Assembly: GCF_009914755.1 (NCBI RefSeq)
Contig: NC_060936.1
Strand: one strand, 5' to 3'
From: the human T2T-CHM13v2.0 reference genome, Homo sapiens
DNA: 64,000 nt
This document shows, one piece after another, positions 17,264-37,344 of this stretch. Positions within the stretch are counted from its first letter, which is position 1. Each line of letters begins with the position of its first letter. The notes beneath the pieces were generated by a model. It was not told where the DNA came from. It saw only the letters and a list, made by a program, of their open reading frames with translations, and ran no database searches. The translations under genes were made by a program, and so were the position numbers.

Positions 17264-17400
17264 GTGGGGGGGGGGGGCGGCAACAGTATGTACATATTTG
17301 TGGATGTATGTACACACACGCAGAGAGAGAGAGACACTCACACACATTCCCACCCCATTGTAAAATTTCAGGAGGAAACTTCTAAATAAATGTCATTTTT

Positions 17401-17713
<313 letters not shown>

Positions 17714-17811
17714 GAAATGTCATTTTTGAGATGGAAAGACAATTCCTGTGCCATCATTTTTTCTTCCTCTCTTTCTTCTTCTTCCCTTTCTTTCTTTTCT
17801 TCTACATGTAA

Positions 17812-18128
<317 letters not shown>

Positions 18129-18199
18129 TGAATATTCTCTAATTTAAGGTTTATTATCTCTTTTTGTCCTCCACTCATTAAAGGCCAGTAAATTTTTTA

Positions 18200-18820
18200 A
18201 AAGTGATTTAAAAAAATAAATACAAGCGGCCAAAACAAATAAAGGAAAGCATATCTAATCTCGCTAAAGGTAGTCAAACACAGGTGAAAAATCAAGAACC
18301 AATATTCACCTATAAAAAATGTTTTATTAGCTGAGCATAGTGGTGCATGCCAATAGTCCCAGCTACCTGGGAAGGCTGAGGTGGGAGGATTTCAGAAACA
18401 CCAGAGTTCCAGGTTACAGTGCACTATGATCACACCATTGCACTACAGCCTGGGTGACAAAGCAAGCCATTTCACATACGCACACACAAAAGTGTTTCAC
18501 ATAACAATGCCCACTGTTAAAATGGATGTGGGCAAACACTTCTGCCCTCCTAGTGGGAGTATAAATGGGCACAACCTTGTGGAGGATAAGGTGTAGTGCT
18601 ATTAAAAACTTGAAAACTATTCTTTGACCCCCTCTGGAGTCTTTATTTTAAGAAAATAATAGTTGTGCTCAAAACTGTATTAAGAGGATGTTTACTGTAT
18701 CATGATTTATGATAGCACAAAACAAAATAGCCTAAAAGTCCAACAATAGCAAGATCCTAAAATCAAATATGATAGAGCCATGTGATAAAAAGTGCCCCAC
18801 TATTTAAAATGATTGTGTTG
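18200..18820 (+). mobile_element. Old L1 (L1ME-like) 3' region, interrupted by an Alu right monomer (~18327-18470)
   Basis: 'gtgggagtataaatgggcacaaccttgtggagg...ctttgaccc...aggatgtttactg...cctaaaagtccaacaatag'. Confidence 0.7.
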
Positions 18821-19047
18821 AAAGAGAAAAAAATAAAGTGGTTTCAAATGGAAGAGAAAAAAGAAATATTTATAGAATGAATATTCCCAAAAATAATTGA
18901 GCACCATCACAATGGATTTCAGTCACATCCACGCATAGCTCATAAGAGCAGGCCTTACCAGCCTGCCCACAAAACAAGGTCATGCTTGATTTTGCCACTC
19001 ATATGGTGGCTTGAGCCCCTCTCCAACCACCTGTTCTCCCTTCTCAT

Positions 19048-19764
19048 TGAAACCGCCTTTGCAAAATTATGACAGTAAGAGAAGTCTGACATAGTTGACT
19101 CTGTCTTGTTCCTGACCTTCAAGCTCTCCTTATAGCTTATAGTTATAAAGCTAACTTTAGGAGGAATTTATAGTTTAGCTTGAAAGCAAGGAAAATAGTC
19201 TCTCTCTAAATTAACTCTTCTTGCTCAGGGACCAACACCCGCCTTCTTTAGACTAATGAAAGGTCACAAGAATAGGATTATGGGAAGAGCCTGCACTCTG
19301 CCAAAATGTAGGTGTAGTTTCCATAATCCTCCGTTACTGCTCAGAAATCATGTGGCCAGAGAGCGCAAGATTTGTGACTTTCTCTATTGCTGTTATTGGT
19401 AACATCACTATTGTAAAACCTAAGATTGGTTTTTGAGATATTTTTCAGACTGACCCCACCCGGACTCTTGACTCAACTGGTCTGGTGGCCCCACCCAGAG
19501 GTGGACTCAGTACACAGGGAATGTTTTCCACATCACTGTGATTTCATCCCCAACCCATCAGCACCATCCATTCCTTAGCCCCCTGCCCACGAAATTGTCC
19601 ATAAAAACCCTAACCTTCAAGCTTGGAGGTGGGGGAGACTGACTTGAATGATAACTCCAGTTCTCCTGGGTGGGCCAGCCTCTTCTTCTCTACTGCAGTG
19701 CCTTAGTCTCAGTGAATTGATTTTCCCTGTGCAGTGGGCAGGAAGAACTTGTTAGGTGATTACA
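19048..19764 (+). mobile_element. Solo LTR, LTR8 family (ERV1)
   Basis: Starts 'TGaaaccgcctttgcaaaattatgacag', ends 'gttaggtgattaCA'; TATA-like 'cataaaaa' at ~19600. Confidence 0.8.
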
Positions 19765-20009
19765 CCACATCCCTGCCCACCTGACCCAACAAGAAAGCAG
19801 TCCCTCTCAGACTGTCCCTGAGATATTTCTGGGGGTCCCAAAGGTGGATGGGGGCTGTTGGCTGTGGTCACAGCACAGTACCTTCCCATTCGGCCCCTCC
19901 TCCTCCGTCTCCCACTTGATGCCACATGCAGAAGCCTCACCACTGGTCCTCCTGACAGTGTGTGTAGTGAGAAAGCCAAGGTCAGTGTCTGGTGTGGCCT
20001 CCACCAATT

Positions 20010-21037
<1,028 letters not shown>

Positions 21038-21613
21038 TATTGTCTTGGCATCCAAGTAGAAAGCAAAGGGCTAGGCCCACTGTGGTCCTCACTGGTCCTC
21101 CTGGTACTGGGGGAGTGGCCTACTAACCCTATGCTTTACTTTGCCCCAAGGAACCAAGCAGCTCTGTTTAGGCCAAAGTCCCAAAGTTTCAAGAAAGGTT
21201 AGTTCTATCAGTGTAGGCCCTCAGATCTTGCTGAGAATCTTACCAAATGTAATGAAATCACTTTTATCAGCTTTTAGTTTTCTCTTCTTTTATCCCAACG
21301 GCTCAAACACCGTTGAGAACGGACGTTAACCCGTCTCTGTTCATTGTCCTTCTGGCCTCTGAGCTAAAAATAAACAAACAAATAAATGCCCCAAACTCTC
21401 CAAAAGAATTCTAACCTATTCAGATGCAACTCTCATCCTTTTCTTCCTTCTCCTCCCCAAATCTTCCCACTCATCTTCAATATTTTTAAGTTTCTGGAAC
21501 TACCAGCCCCACAAGCATGTCCTTCAGAGGCTGCAAGGCCTATGCACTAAAAGCCATCATGAGGGTAATTTTGCTTTAACAGAATTGAAAATATATTTTT
21601 TCTTCTACTCTGT

Positions 21614-24600
21614 CATATATATATATATTTCATATATATTATATACATTTCATACATATATTTCATATATATATTTCATATTTATAATATATATTTCATA
21701 TATATAATAAATATTTCATATATATTATATATATTTCATATATATAATATAATATATTTCATATATATTATATATTATATATATGAAATATGTTATATAT
21801 TATATATATGAAATATATGTTATATATTATATATATGAAATATACATTTCATATATATAATATATATGAAATATATATATTATATATATTTCATATATAT
21901 AATATATATGAAATATATATAATATATATATTTCATATATATAATATATATGAAATATGTATATTATATATGAAACATATATAATATATATGAAATATAT
22001 TATATATATGAAATATATATAATATATATGAAATATATTATATAAATGAAATATATATACTATATATGAAATATATTATATAAATGAAATATATATACTA
22101 TATATGAAATATATTATATAAATGAAATATATATACTATATATGAAATATATTATATATATGAAATATATATACTATATATGAAATATATTATATATATG
22201 AAATATATATACTATATATGAAATATATTATATATATGAAATATATATACTATATATGAAATATATTATATATATGAAATATATATAATATATATGAAAT
22301 ATATTATATATATGAAATATATATAATATATGAAATATATTATATAAATGAAATATATATATGAAATATATAATATATATGAAATATATTATATATATGA
22401 AATATATATATGAAATATTTATATTATATGAAATATATATTATATATGAAATATATATTATATACGAAATATATTATATATATGAAATATATGTATTACA
22501 TATGAAATATATTATATATATGAAATACATATATTATATACGAAATATATTAAATATATGAAATATATATATTATATACGAAATATATTATATATATTTC
22601 ATATATATTACATATATATTTCATATATATTACATATATATTTTATATATATTATATATATTTCATATATTATATATATTTCATATATTATATAGATATT
22701 TCATATATATTATACATATTTCATATATATTATACATATTTCATATATATTATACATATTTCATATATATTATATATATTTTTCATATATATTATATATA
22801 TTTCATATATATAATATATTTCATATATAATATATATATTTCGTATATATAATATATTTCATATATAATATATATATTTCGTATATATAATATATTTCAT
22901 ATATAATATATTTCATATATAATATATTTCATATATAATATATATATTTCAAATATATATACTATATTTCATATATAATATATTTCATATATAATATATA
23001 TCTTTCAAATATATATAATATATTTCATATATAATATATATATTTCATATATATATAATATATTTTGTATATAATATATATATTTCATATATACATTTCG
23101 TATATAATATATATATTTCACATATATAATATATTTCGTATATAATATATATATTTCATATATATATAATATATTTCGTATATAATATATATATTTCATA
23201 TATATAATATATTTCATATATAATATATATTTCATATAATATATATTTCATATATATATTTCATATATATTATATATATTTCATATATATAATATATTTC
23301 ATATATATTATATATATTTCATATATATAATATATTTTATATATAATATATATATTTCATATATAATATATATATTTCATATATATTATATCTATGAAAT
23401 ATATATTACATAGATATAATATATATGAAATAAATATGTCATAGATATAATATATAACATATATGTCATATATATAATATATAACATATATGTCATATAT
23501 AATATATAACATATATTTCATATATATAATATATAACATATATTTCATATATATTATATATAACATATATTTCATATATATAATATATAACATATATTTC
23601 ATATATATTATATATAACATATATTTCATATATATTATATATAACATATATTTCATATATATAATATATAACACATATTTCAAATATATTATATATAACA
23701 TATATTTCAAATATATTAAATATAACATATTTCAAATATATTATATATAACATATATTTCAAATATATTATATATAACATATATTTCAAATATATATATT
23801 ATATATTATATATTTCATATATGTATTATATATAATATATATTTCATATATGTATTATATATTATACATATTTCATATATATTATATATTATATATATTT
23901 CATATATATTATATATTATATATATTTCATATATATTATATATTATATATTTCATATATATTATATATATTATATATTTCATATATATTATATATCATAT
24001 ATATTTCATGTATATTATATATAGCATATATTTCATATATATTATATATAGTATATATTTCATATATATTATATATAGTATATATTTCATATATATATTA
24101 TATATTATATATTTCATATATATAATATATTATATATATATTTCATATATATTATATATATTTCATACATATATATCATATATATTTCATACATAGATTA
24201 TATATAATATAAATTTCATACATATATAATATATATTTCATACATATATTATATTTCATATATATTATATATATTTCATATATATTATGTATTATATATT
24301 TCATATATATTTCTTATAATATATATATTTCATATATATTATATACAATATATATTTCATATATGTTGTATATAACATATATTTCATATATATTATATAT
24401 ATTTCATATATATAATATATAATATATATTTCATATATATAATATATTTCATATATAATATATATTTCATATATATTTCATATATATAATATATATATGA
24501 AATATATATAATATATTTCATATATAATATGTATATTTCATATATATAATATAAATATTTCATATATAATATATTTCATATATATATTATATATTTCATA

Positions 24601-26570
24601 TATATAATATATTTCATATATATATTATATATTTCATATATATAATATATTTCATATATATAATATATTTCATATATATAATATATATATTTCATATATA
24701 TAATATATTTCATATATAAAATATATATATTTCATATATATAATATATTTCATATATAATATATTTCATATATATAATATATTTCATATATAATATATTT
24801 CATATATATAATATATTTCATATATAATATATTTCATATATATAATATATTTCATATATAATATATTTCATATATATAATATATTTCATATATAATATAT
24901 TTCATATATATAATATATTTCATATATAATATATTTCATATATATAATATATTTCATATATAATATATTTCATATATATAATATATTTCATATATAATAT
25001 ATTTCATATATATAATATATTTCATATATAATATATTTCATATATATAATATATTTCATATATAACATATTTCATATATATAATATATTTCATATATAAT
25101 ATATTTCATATATATAATATATTTCATATATAATATATTTCATATATATAATATATTTCATATATAATATATTTCATATATATAATATATTTCATATATA
25201 ATATATTTCATATATAATATATTTCATATATATAATATATATATTTCATATATATAATATATTTCATATATAATATATATATTTCATATATATAATATAT
25301 TTCATATACATAATATATATATTTCATATATATAATATATTTCATATATATAATATATTTCATATATATAATATATATTTCATATATATAATATATATAT
25401 TTCATATATATAATATATTTCATATATAATATATTTCATATATATAATATATATATTTCATATATATAATATATATTTCATATATATATTTCTTATAAAT
25501 ATATATTTCATATATAGGATATTTCATATATATAGTATATTTCATATATATAATATATTTCCATATATAATATATATTTCATATATATAATATATTTCAT
25601 ATATAATATATATATTTCATATATATATTTCATATATAATATATATATTTCATATATATATTTCATATATATAATATATTTCATATATAATATATATATT
25701 TCATATATATATTTCACATATATAATATATTTCATATATAATATATATATTTCATATATATATTTCATATATAATATATATTTCATATATATATTTCATA
25801 TATAATATATATATTTCATATATATATTTCATATATAATATATATATTTCATATATAATATATATTTCATATATAATATATATATTTCATATATAATATA
25901 TATTTCATATATATATTTCATACATAATATATATATTTCATATATATATTTCATATATAATATATATATTTCATATATATATTTCATATATAATATATAT
26001 ATTTCATATATATAATATATATATTTTATATATATTATATATATATTTCATATATATAATATATATATTTCATATATAATATATATATTTCATATATATA
26101 ATATATTTCGTATATATAGTATATTTCATATATATAATATATTTCATATATAATAGATATATTTCACATATATAATATATTTCATATACATAAGATATTT
26201 CATATATACATTTCATATACATAAGATATTTCATATATATTTCATATATATATTTCATATATATGCTTCATATATATGTTTCATATATATGCTTCATATA
26301 TATGTTTCATATATATGCTTCATATATATGTTTCATATATATGCTTCATATATATGTTTCATATATATGCTTCATATATATGTTTCATATATATGCTTCA
26401 TATATATGTTTCATATATATGCTTCATATATATGTTTCATATATATGCTTCATATATATGTTTCATATATATGCTTCATATATATGTTTCATATATATGC
26501 TTCATATATATGTTTCATATATATGCTTCATATATATGTTTCATATATATGCTTCATATATATATATATT
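21614..26570. repeat. ~5 kb AT-rich minisatellite/VNTR (core TTTCATATATATAATATA) with an inverted block
   Basis: Almost purely A/T. Units read TTTCATA.. except ~21781-22590, where they mostly read ..TATGAAA. 34-bp and 26-bp higher-order sub-arrays are present. Confidence 0.97.
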
Positions 26571-26691
26571 TTTTTGAGACGAGGTCTTGCTATGTTGCCC
26601 AGGCTGGTCTTGAACTCTGGAGCTCAAGCAATCCGCTCACCTTTGCCTCCGAAAGTGCTGGGATTACAGGCGTGAGCCACCATGCCTGGCC
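26569..26691 (-). mobile_element. FLAM / Alu left monomer
   Basis: Antisense monomer whose T-tail runs directly into the AT array. Confidence 0.92.
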
Positions 26692-27544
26692 AGCCCTTTC
26701 ATAATTTTAAAGCCGAAATTTTGGCAAATTTTATTCTTACTGTAGCCATCAACAATTTGCTTACAAAAGTATCTCTCCCAATCATGAGTCTAGGAAGAAA
26801 ATAAGAATTTATAACCATAAGTTATACTTTCTCCTCTATCCAGTTCCCGGAATCATTACTTCTACTTTAATATATTCAAAAGACCATGATTTTCATCACA
26901 CCTACTCTGGGATTAACCAAATGGCCTTAACAAACATTTGTCCTTTCAAAATTTAAAAAAATTCATTAATTACATATTTTTCCATAAAAATAATATCCAT
27001 GGTGAGAACACACATTGATATAACTATTTTGGAGAACAATTTAGCAATATTATCTATGAAAATAAAAAGAGCGGTAATTTCAGAGTTGAAATTTTCACTG
27101 ATTTTTATTTTCTTATTTTTGCTTACTTTGTTTTTTTTTCCTATGTTGAGCAGCTACTGCTTGTGTAACTAAAAATATTGAAAAATGTTTTTAGAAATAT
27201 AGAAAAGAAAAAGACACCTATCCAAAACTCCCAGCTAGGGGAGGTTCAAGTCTTTTAAATTACATCTAAGGTTACTTAACTTGTGTGATTAGATTTGCTA
27301 TTACAAAGTGTTCCTGAATTTACAACTCACCTTTCACAAGTGCTGGACATCACACTGTGGGAATGTTTTACTCACGCTGAGAATGGCATCAACCCGTTTC
27401 CCTCTTAATCTGTGACTTTGTTACAACTCTTTCTTTGAAACTCAAACCCTCTCATCCATAAATCCAGCTTCCAGATCCTCTCTCCTCTGAGCCTTAGCCA
27501 CCTGCTCAGATGTCACTTAGGTGATACCACACCCATTGTTAACC

Positions 27545-27675
27545 ATCTTTTTACCTACCTGCCGTATCTCCCCCTGGATCTGAGAGCTTCTCTTGGACCT
27601 GGACTGCTCCTCCCATTTCTTTGCATCCTGAGTGAGGAACACAGTATAGCAGATGCTTAAAAACTGTTTGAAGAT
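27545..27675 (+). mobile_element. L2 3' end
   Basis: 'tctcccctggatctgagagcttctc...cacagtatagcagatgcttaaaaactgtttgaa'. Confidence 0.65.
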
Positions 27676-28210
27676 AAAATAAAATAATCTCACTTTTACT
27701 AATTTCTGTGTATTAATGCTGCACACTGTATTTAAGATCTTATTATAAAAGGTTTTAATATTCTCCATAGGGTGGATTTAAGGTGACTGCATGGAGGGAT
27801 GAAATAATGCCTATGAATATGATGAAGCTGATCAATAAAAAAAAAATGCCTGGCTAGATGGTGGCATTTTAAGCAACTTAAAAGTCTGATGCTAAGCAAT
27901 TTCCTTCTTAACATTTTTCTAGAAAGATTCATTTCCCTGAACAATTAGTCATCTCCGAGAATTCCTTTTTCCTCTGTTTAACAAAACTACAATGACTGGA
28001 AAATATGCTGATGTTGGAAAGTCAGGATAAATATTTTCACAAAATATTTAAATCTGAAGTCTACAGTAACTTTTTATTTTTAATTTGTGAATTTGTGTGT
28101 TTATTATTTATTTACTATCTGTGGCTATTTCCTTATAAGTGATAAAATTTTAGGGAGAAATAGTTACAAATATAAATATTTTAAAAATATTATAGTAATT
28201 ATTATCATAA

Positions 28211-28691
<481 letters not shown>

Positions 28692-28771
28692 TAAGAGTAA
28701 GAAAACTTTTTACTCCTATACATTTTTCCAATACCCCCAATGTTGGGTATTGACCAATTTGGACTCTGTAA

Positions 28772-28935
28772 TTTTTTTTTTTTAGAGATGGGGTCTGACT
28801 ATGTCGCCAAGAATGAAGTGCAGTGGCTATTCACAAGGATAGTGCACTACAGCCTTGAACTCCTGGGCTCAAGTGATCCCCCCACCTCAGCCTCTTGAGT
28901 AGCTGGCATTATAGGCGTGCACTACTACACCCAGT
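28772..28935 (-). mobile_element. FAM/FRAM monomer
   Basis: Contains the FAM-type 'gtggctattcaca' segment. Confidence 0.8.
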
Positions 28936-29060
28936 TTTTGCCTATTTTTAAATAGTCATCTTTTTAATTTAAAAAAATTACCTTTTAAAAATTTCTTGTT
29001 CTCATGAAAATTACATAACGCATGAGCACTTTAGAAAAATTAGGGAATACACATAATTTA

Positions 29061-29390
<330 letters not shown>

Positions 29391-29451
29391 AAATACACAT
29401 AAATTAAAATTTTAAATCATGAAATTTCACCATTCAGAAACAGCCAGTATT

Positions 29452-29834
<383 letters not shown>

Positions 29835-30502
29835 TCAATATGTATATATAAATGTTTTATTAAAAATAAGGCCATGCTGTATAGTCTTTGCTAATAACTA
29901 TTTACAAGACAATATATTCTGAACATCTTTTACGGCCATAGCTATATTTATACAAGATCATTTGTAAGCAATTCATGTAGACATTCATATAACATACAGA
30001 AAAGTTTGTAAAAAAATAAAATAAAAACAAGGAATAGTCAGAAAACTATTCTTTCTAGTTTTGGATCTGTCATCTTTTAGAGGTGTGACATTGTTTCACT
30101 CTGTTCCTCTTTTCCCCGTTCATCAAAATAAGAAAATAGTACTGCTCAAATCTACCTCACATATTTGTCATATTCATCAATTGGAAACACCTTTATAGGT
30201 TTCAAGTGCTATTCAAAGGCAAGACCTTATGATCTCTGGACAAATTCATAGCCAGGATATGACATCGGCAGGGCCTAAATAATATCTTCTGGAAGATAAT
30301 AACCTTTGTTCATCATGCATGCCTGCAGTCATGCACTGGAAAAAGACTTCTTGAGCATCTCCTATATGTCAATGTGAGCAATCGAAATCAAGTTTCTGTC
30401 CTTGTTAATCAAAAGCCAGATGTTAATCAAATAGTCAAATAATTGTTTATTATATTATTTTTTATTTAGTTTATTATTCCAACCTCTAAAAATCAAGATT
30501 TT

Positions 30503-30955
30503 TCTTTTTTTTTTTTTTTTTTTTTAAGACGGAGTCTTGCTCTGTCACCCAGGCTGGAGTACAATGGCAATCTCAGCTCACTGCAACCTCCACCTCCAGG
30601 GTTCAAGCGATTCTCTTGGCTCAGCCTCCTGAGTAGCTGGGATTACAGGCACCCGCCACCACGCCCAGCTAATATTTTGTATTTTTAGTAGAGATGGGGT
30701 TTCACCATGTTGGCCAGACTGGTTTCAAACTCCTGACCTCGAGTGATCCACCTGCCTTGACCTCCCAAAGTGCTAGGTGCTAGGATTACAGGTGAGAGCC
30801 ACTGTGCCTGCCCCCCCCTTTTTTTTTTTTTTTGGGAGAGAAGGGGGGTCTTGTTATGTTGCCCATGTTGGTCTTGAACTCTTGGCCTCAAGTGATCCTC
30901 CTGCCTTGACCTCCCAAAGTACTGGGATTACAGGTGTGAGTCACCATTTGAGGCC
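30503..30955 (-). mobile_element. Alu (30503-30812) followed by FLAM (30818-30955)
   Basis: Adjacent antisense elements. Confidence 0.92.
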
Positions 30956-31079
30956 ATGATTTTTAACTGTTTTTCAAATGCATTACACTTACGAACTATA
31001 TCTCTATTTTTAAAAATACAATGTAATGATTCTTTTAACTGAGAATTAATAAGAAAACAAAAAGCTTACTCTGGATCAG

Positions 31080-31781
<702 letters not shown>

Positions 31782-32229
31782 TGTAATTTGTTATCAATGT
31801 TGGGATGAATGTTTTTGTTTTGTTGTGTTTGTTTAAACAAAGTATTGTGACTATAAATCACAAAAAAAAATAGACCATTGAAACAACTCAAATACATAGG
31901 AAAACTATCGGTGAAACAAAGCAGTAATGGATGTCAAAGTGAGCTATGTGACCAAAACAGTTTACTGTCTTCAAAGAATCAGCATATAATGGAAAGAAGA
32001 TTTGAATGACCTATCCACTTTCAGCACTGTCTTCTATGCAAATTTCCAATGATTTACATTGGAATTGTAACTTTAGATTCTAATTTTTATTTTCTGAATA
32101 CAGTTTTTGCTTTAAATTGCATATATTATATGTAGTTTTTTGTTTAAATTGTACAGGTTTGTTTCTTGCCTTTAGACTAATGTCCTTTTTTTAGATTGCA
32201 CTTTGGAGAAACCAAGGATCATATTGCTT

Positions 32230-33050
<821 letters not shown>

Positions 33051-33208
33051 ACTTTATTTGGTTCCATGTGTCAACCCGAAATAATTCAAAGCATTAAAAT
33101 TTAGTTTAAAAGAGTTTATTTAAGCTAAAAGTTGGTAATTGCCATCTGGAAAACACAGACTCAAGAGAAATGGGGTCAGTGTTCTGAAATTAAAAGTTAA
33201 GTTTTTGA

Positions 33209-33335
33209 GGCTGGGTGCAGTGGCTCATGTCTGTAATCCTAGTGCTTTGGGAGGCTGAAGCAGGAGGACTGCTTGAGCCCAGGAGTTCAAGACCAGCTTG
33301 GGCAACATAGCAAGACCCCATCTCTACAAAAAATA
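33209..33335 (+). mobile_element. FLAM / Alu left monomer
   Basis: Left-arm sequence ending in an A-rich linker/tail. Confidence 0.88.
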
Positions 33336-33674
33336 AATTTATTAAATTTATTTTTTAATTTAATGTATATATAATTTCATTAAGTCATAAATAAGGCAAT
33401 TTTTTAAAAACCATCACTGAAAATATGCTTGCCCTAGAGATTAAAAAGTTAAGGAAGGCACTTATACGATAGTAGCAGGCTGAAATTAAAAATAATTCAA
33501 AACTTGATATTCTTCTTTTTTAGTCAAATTCTCACCTACAGAAAGTCTAACCTGATTCCTTTTTTGCTTTGTCTGATTCATGTTAATTTCTGTGGCTGGT
33601 TTAAATTTTTATAATACAGCAAATTTGGGTCATGAAGGTAGATTGCCAGCTGTTTCCAAGAATAGTTTAATTTT

Positions 33675-34387
33675 TATTTTTAAACACTTTTTCTTTCCAA
33701 CTTTTAGGTTCAAGGGGTACATGTGCGGGTTTGTTAAATGGGTAAATTGTGTGTTGCAGGGGTTTGATATACAGATGATTTTGTCACCCAAATAATACCC
33801 AAATAATAACCAATAGGTAGTTTTTCAATCCTCATCTTCTTGTCACCCTCCACCCTCAAACAGGCCCCAGTGTCTATCGTTCCATTCTTTGTGTCCATGT
33901 GGATTCAATGTTTAACTCCCAGTTATGATATGAGAACATGTGGTATTTGGTTTTCTGTTCCTGCTTTAAATCACTTAAGATAATGGCCTCCAGCTCCATC
34001 TATGTTTCTGCAAAAATCATGAGCTCATTTTTTACAGCTGTGTAATATTCCATGTCGTATATGTATACCACATTTTCTTTATCCAGTCCACCACTGATGA
34101 GCATCTAGGTTGACTTCATGTCTGTGCTATCGTGAATAGTGTTGCAATGAACATACACGTGCATGTGTCTTTATGGTAGAACGATTTATATTCCTTTGGC
34201 TATATAACCAGCAGTGGAATTGCTGGGTTGAACAGTAGTTCTCTTTTAAGTTCTTTGAGAAATCTCCAGACTGCTTTCCACAGTGGCTGAACTAATTTAC
34301 ATTCTCACCAGCAGTGTATAAGCATTCTCTTTTCTCTCTGTAACCTTGTCAACATCTGTTATTTTTTGACTTTTTAGTAATAGCCAT
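33675..34387 (-). mobile_element. 5'-truncated L1PA (older subfamily, roughly L1PA13-16) 3' end
   Basis: Antisense L1 3' UTR 'ggggtacatgtgcgggtttg...gagaacatgtggtatttggttttctgttcc...tatataaccagcagtggaattgctggg'; flanks 'caa(g/a)aatagttt'. Confidence 0.9.
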
Positions 34388-34518
34388 CAAAAATAGTTTT
34401 CAATTTAAAAAAACTAGCAATGTTCATTGTTTTCTTTGAAACATGGGAAAGTTTCATTGGATATCTTTCATATTATTGTTTCTTCTCATGTTCAGAAATG
34501 CATTTTAGATGCTTGTGA

Positions 34519-35152
<634 letters not shown>

Positions 35153-35319
35153 TGAGCTTAGCCTAAACTCCTCAGAAGAAGGGCTCAGTCCTGCAAGACT
35201 GCCCTTACTTCCTATGCCAGTTCCAAGTCGGCTGTGAGTCTGACTGACCAGCTATTAATTGGAAGTTCCCACAACCCCCACCCCTGTGCCAACTTCAGTT
35301 TTAATAATTTGCTAGAACT

Positions 35320-35651
<332 letters not shown>

Positions 35652-36116
35652 TCAGTAAAAAGTTTACTTACTGAATTACCAGTTTACCATAAAACGATAC
35701 AACTCAGGAACAGCCAGATAGAAGAGACACATAGGGCCAGGTAGGCTGGAAAGGGTGTGCAGTTTCCATTCCCTCTTCAAGCACACCACCCTCCCAACAC
35801 CTCCCTGGGTTCCACAACCTGGAAGCTGTCTCTGAACCCTGTCCTTTTGGGGTTTTACTGAGGCCTCATTCTGTAGGCATGATTGATTAAGTCATTGACC
35901 ATTGGTGGTTAAGTCAATCTTCAATCTCTCTCTCCTACCGGATATAGGGGTTTGGGGGGCTAAAATTTCAAACCCTCTAACCACATGGTTAGTCGCCCTG
36001 GCAACCAGCCCCCATCCTGAGGCTATCCAGGAGCCCCCAGCTATCAGTCGTTCATTAGCATACACAAAGGCATTTATCACTTCAGTGATCCCAGTGATTT
36101 TAGGATTATGGATTTC

Positions 36117-36879
<763 letters not shown>

Positions 36880-36935
36880 AGCTGTGTGCCAAGGGAGTGA
36901 AAGGAAAGTGACCAAATATGTATTTCTTCTTCTTA

Positions 36936-37101
<166 letters not shown>

Positions 37102-37344
37102 TAGATTACATAAGAAAGTCCAATATGGAAATAGTTAACAGTTGCTCCTCTCTTCTTCCCAAGAAAAGTATCAAAACCACATTATTGCACAGGGGAATTC
37201 TACCAAATCTTTAAAATGCAGATAATTCTAGTTATATTTAAACTCTTCTGGAGCCTAAAAAAAGAAGAAAAGCTTCCTAATTATTTTTATGAAGGGAATA
37301 TAAAATACATAATGGACAAAGACTACAAAATTTACAAAAGCTAA

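Noticed and set aside
24730-26562. Regular 26-34 bp repeats as a CRISPR-like array
   Set aside because: Head-to-tail tandem units with no unique spacers, no cas genes, and primate nuclear context.
21790-26704. Y/I/M/K-rich ORFs in the AT array
   Set aside because: They are by-products of stop-free frames in periodic AT repeats, with no coding evidence.
33068-33208. Possible antisense LTR fragment
   Set aside because: LTR-like start ('tgtcaacc...gagtttatt') but the family could not be assigned.
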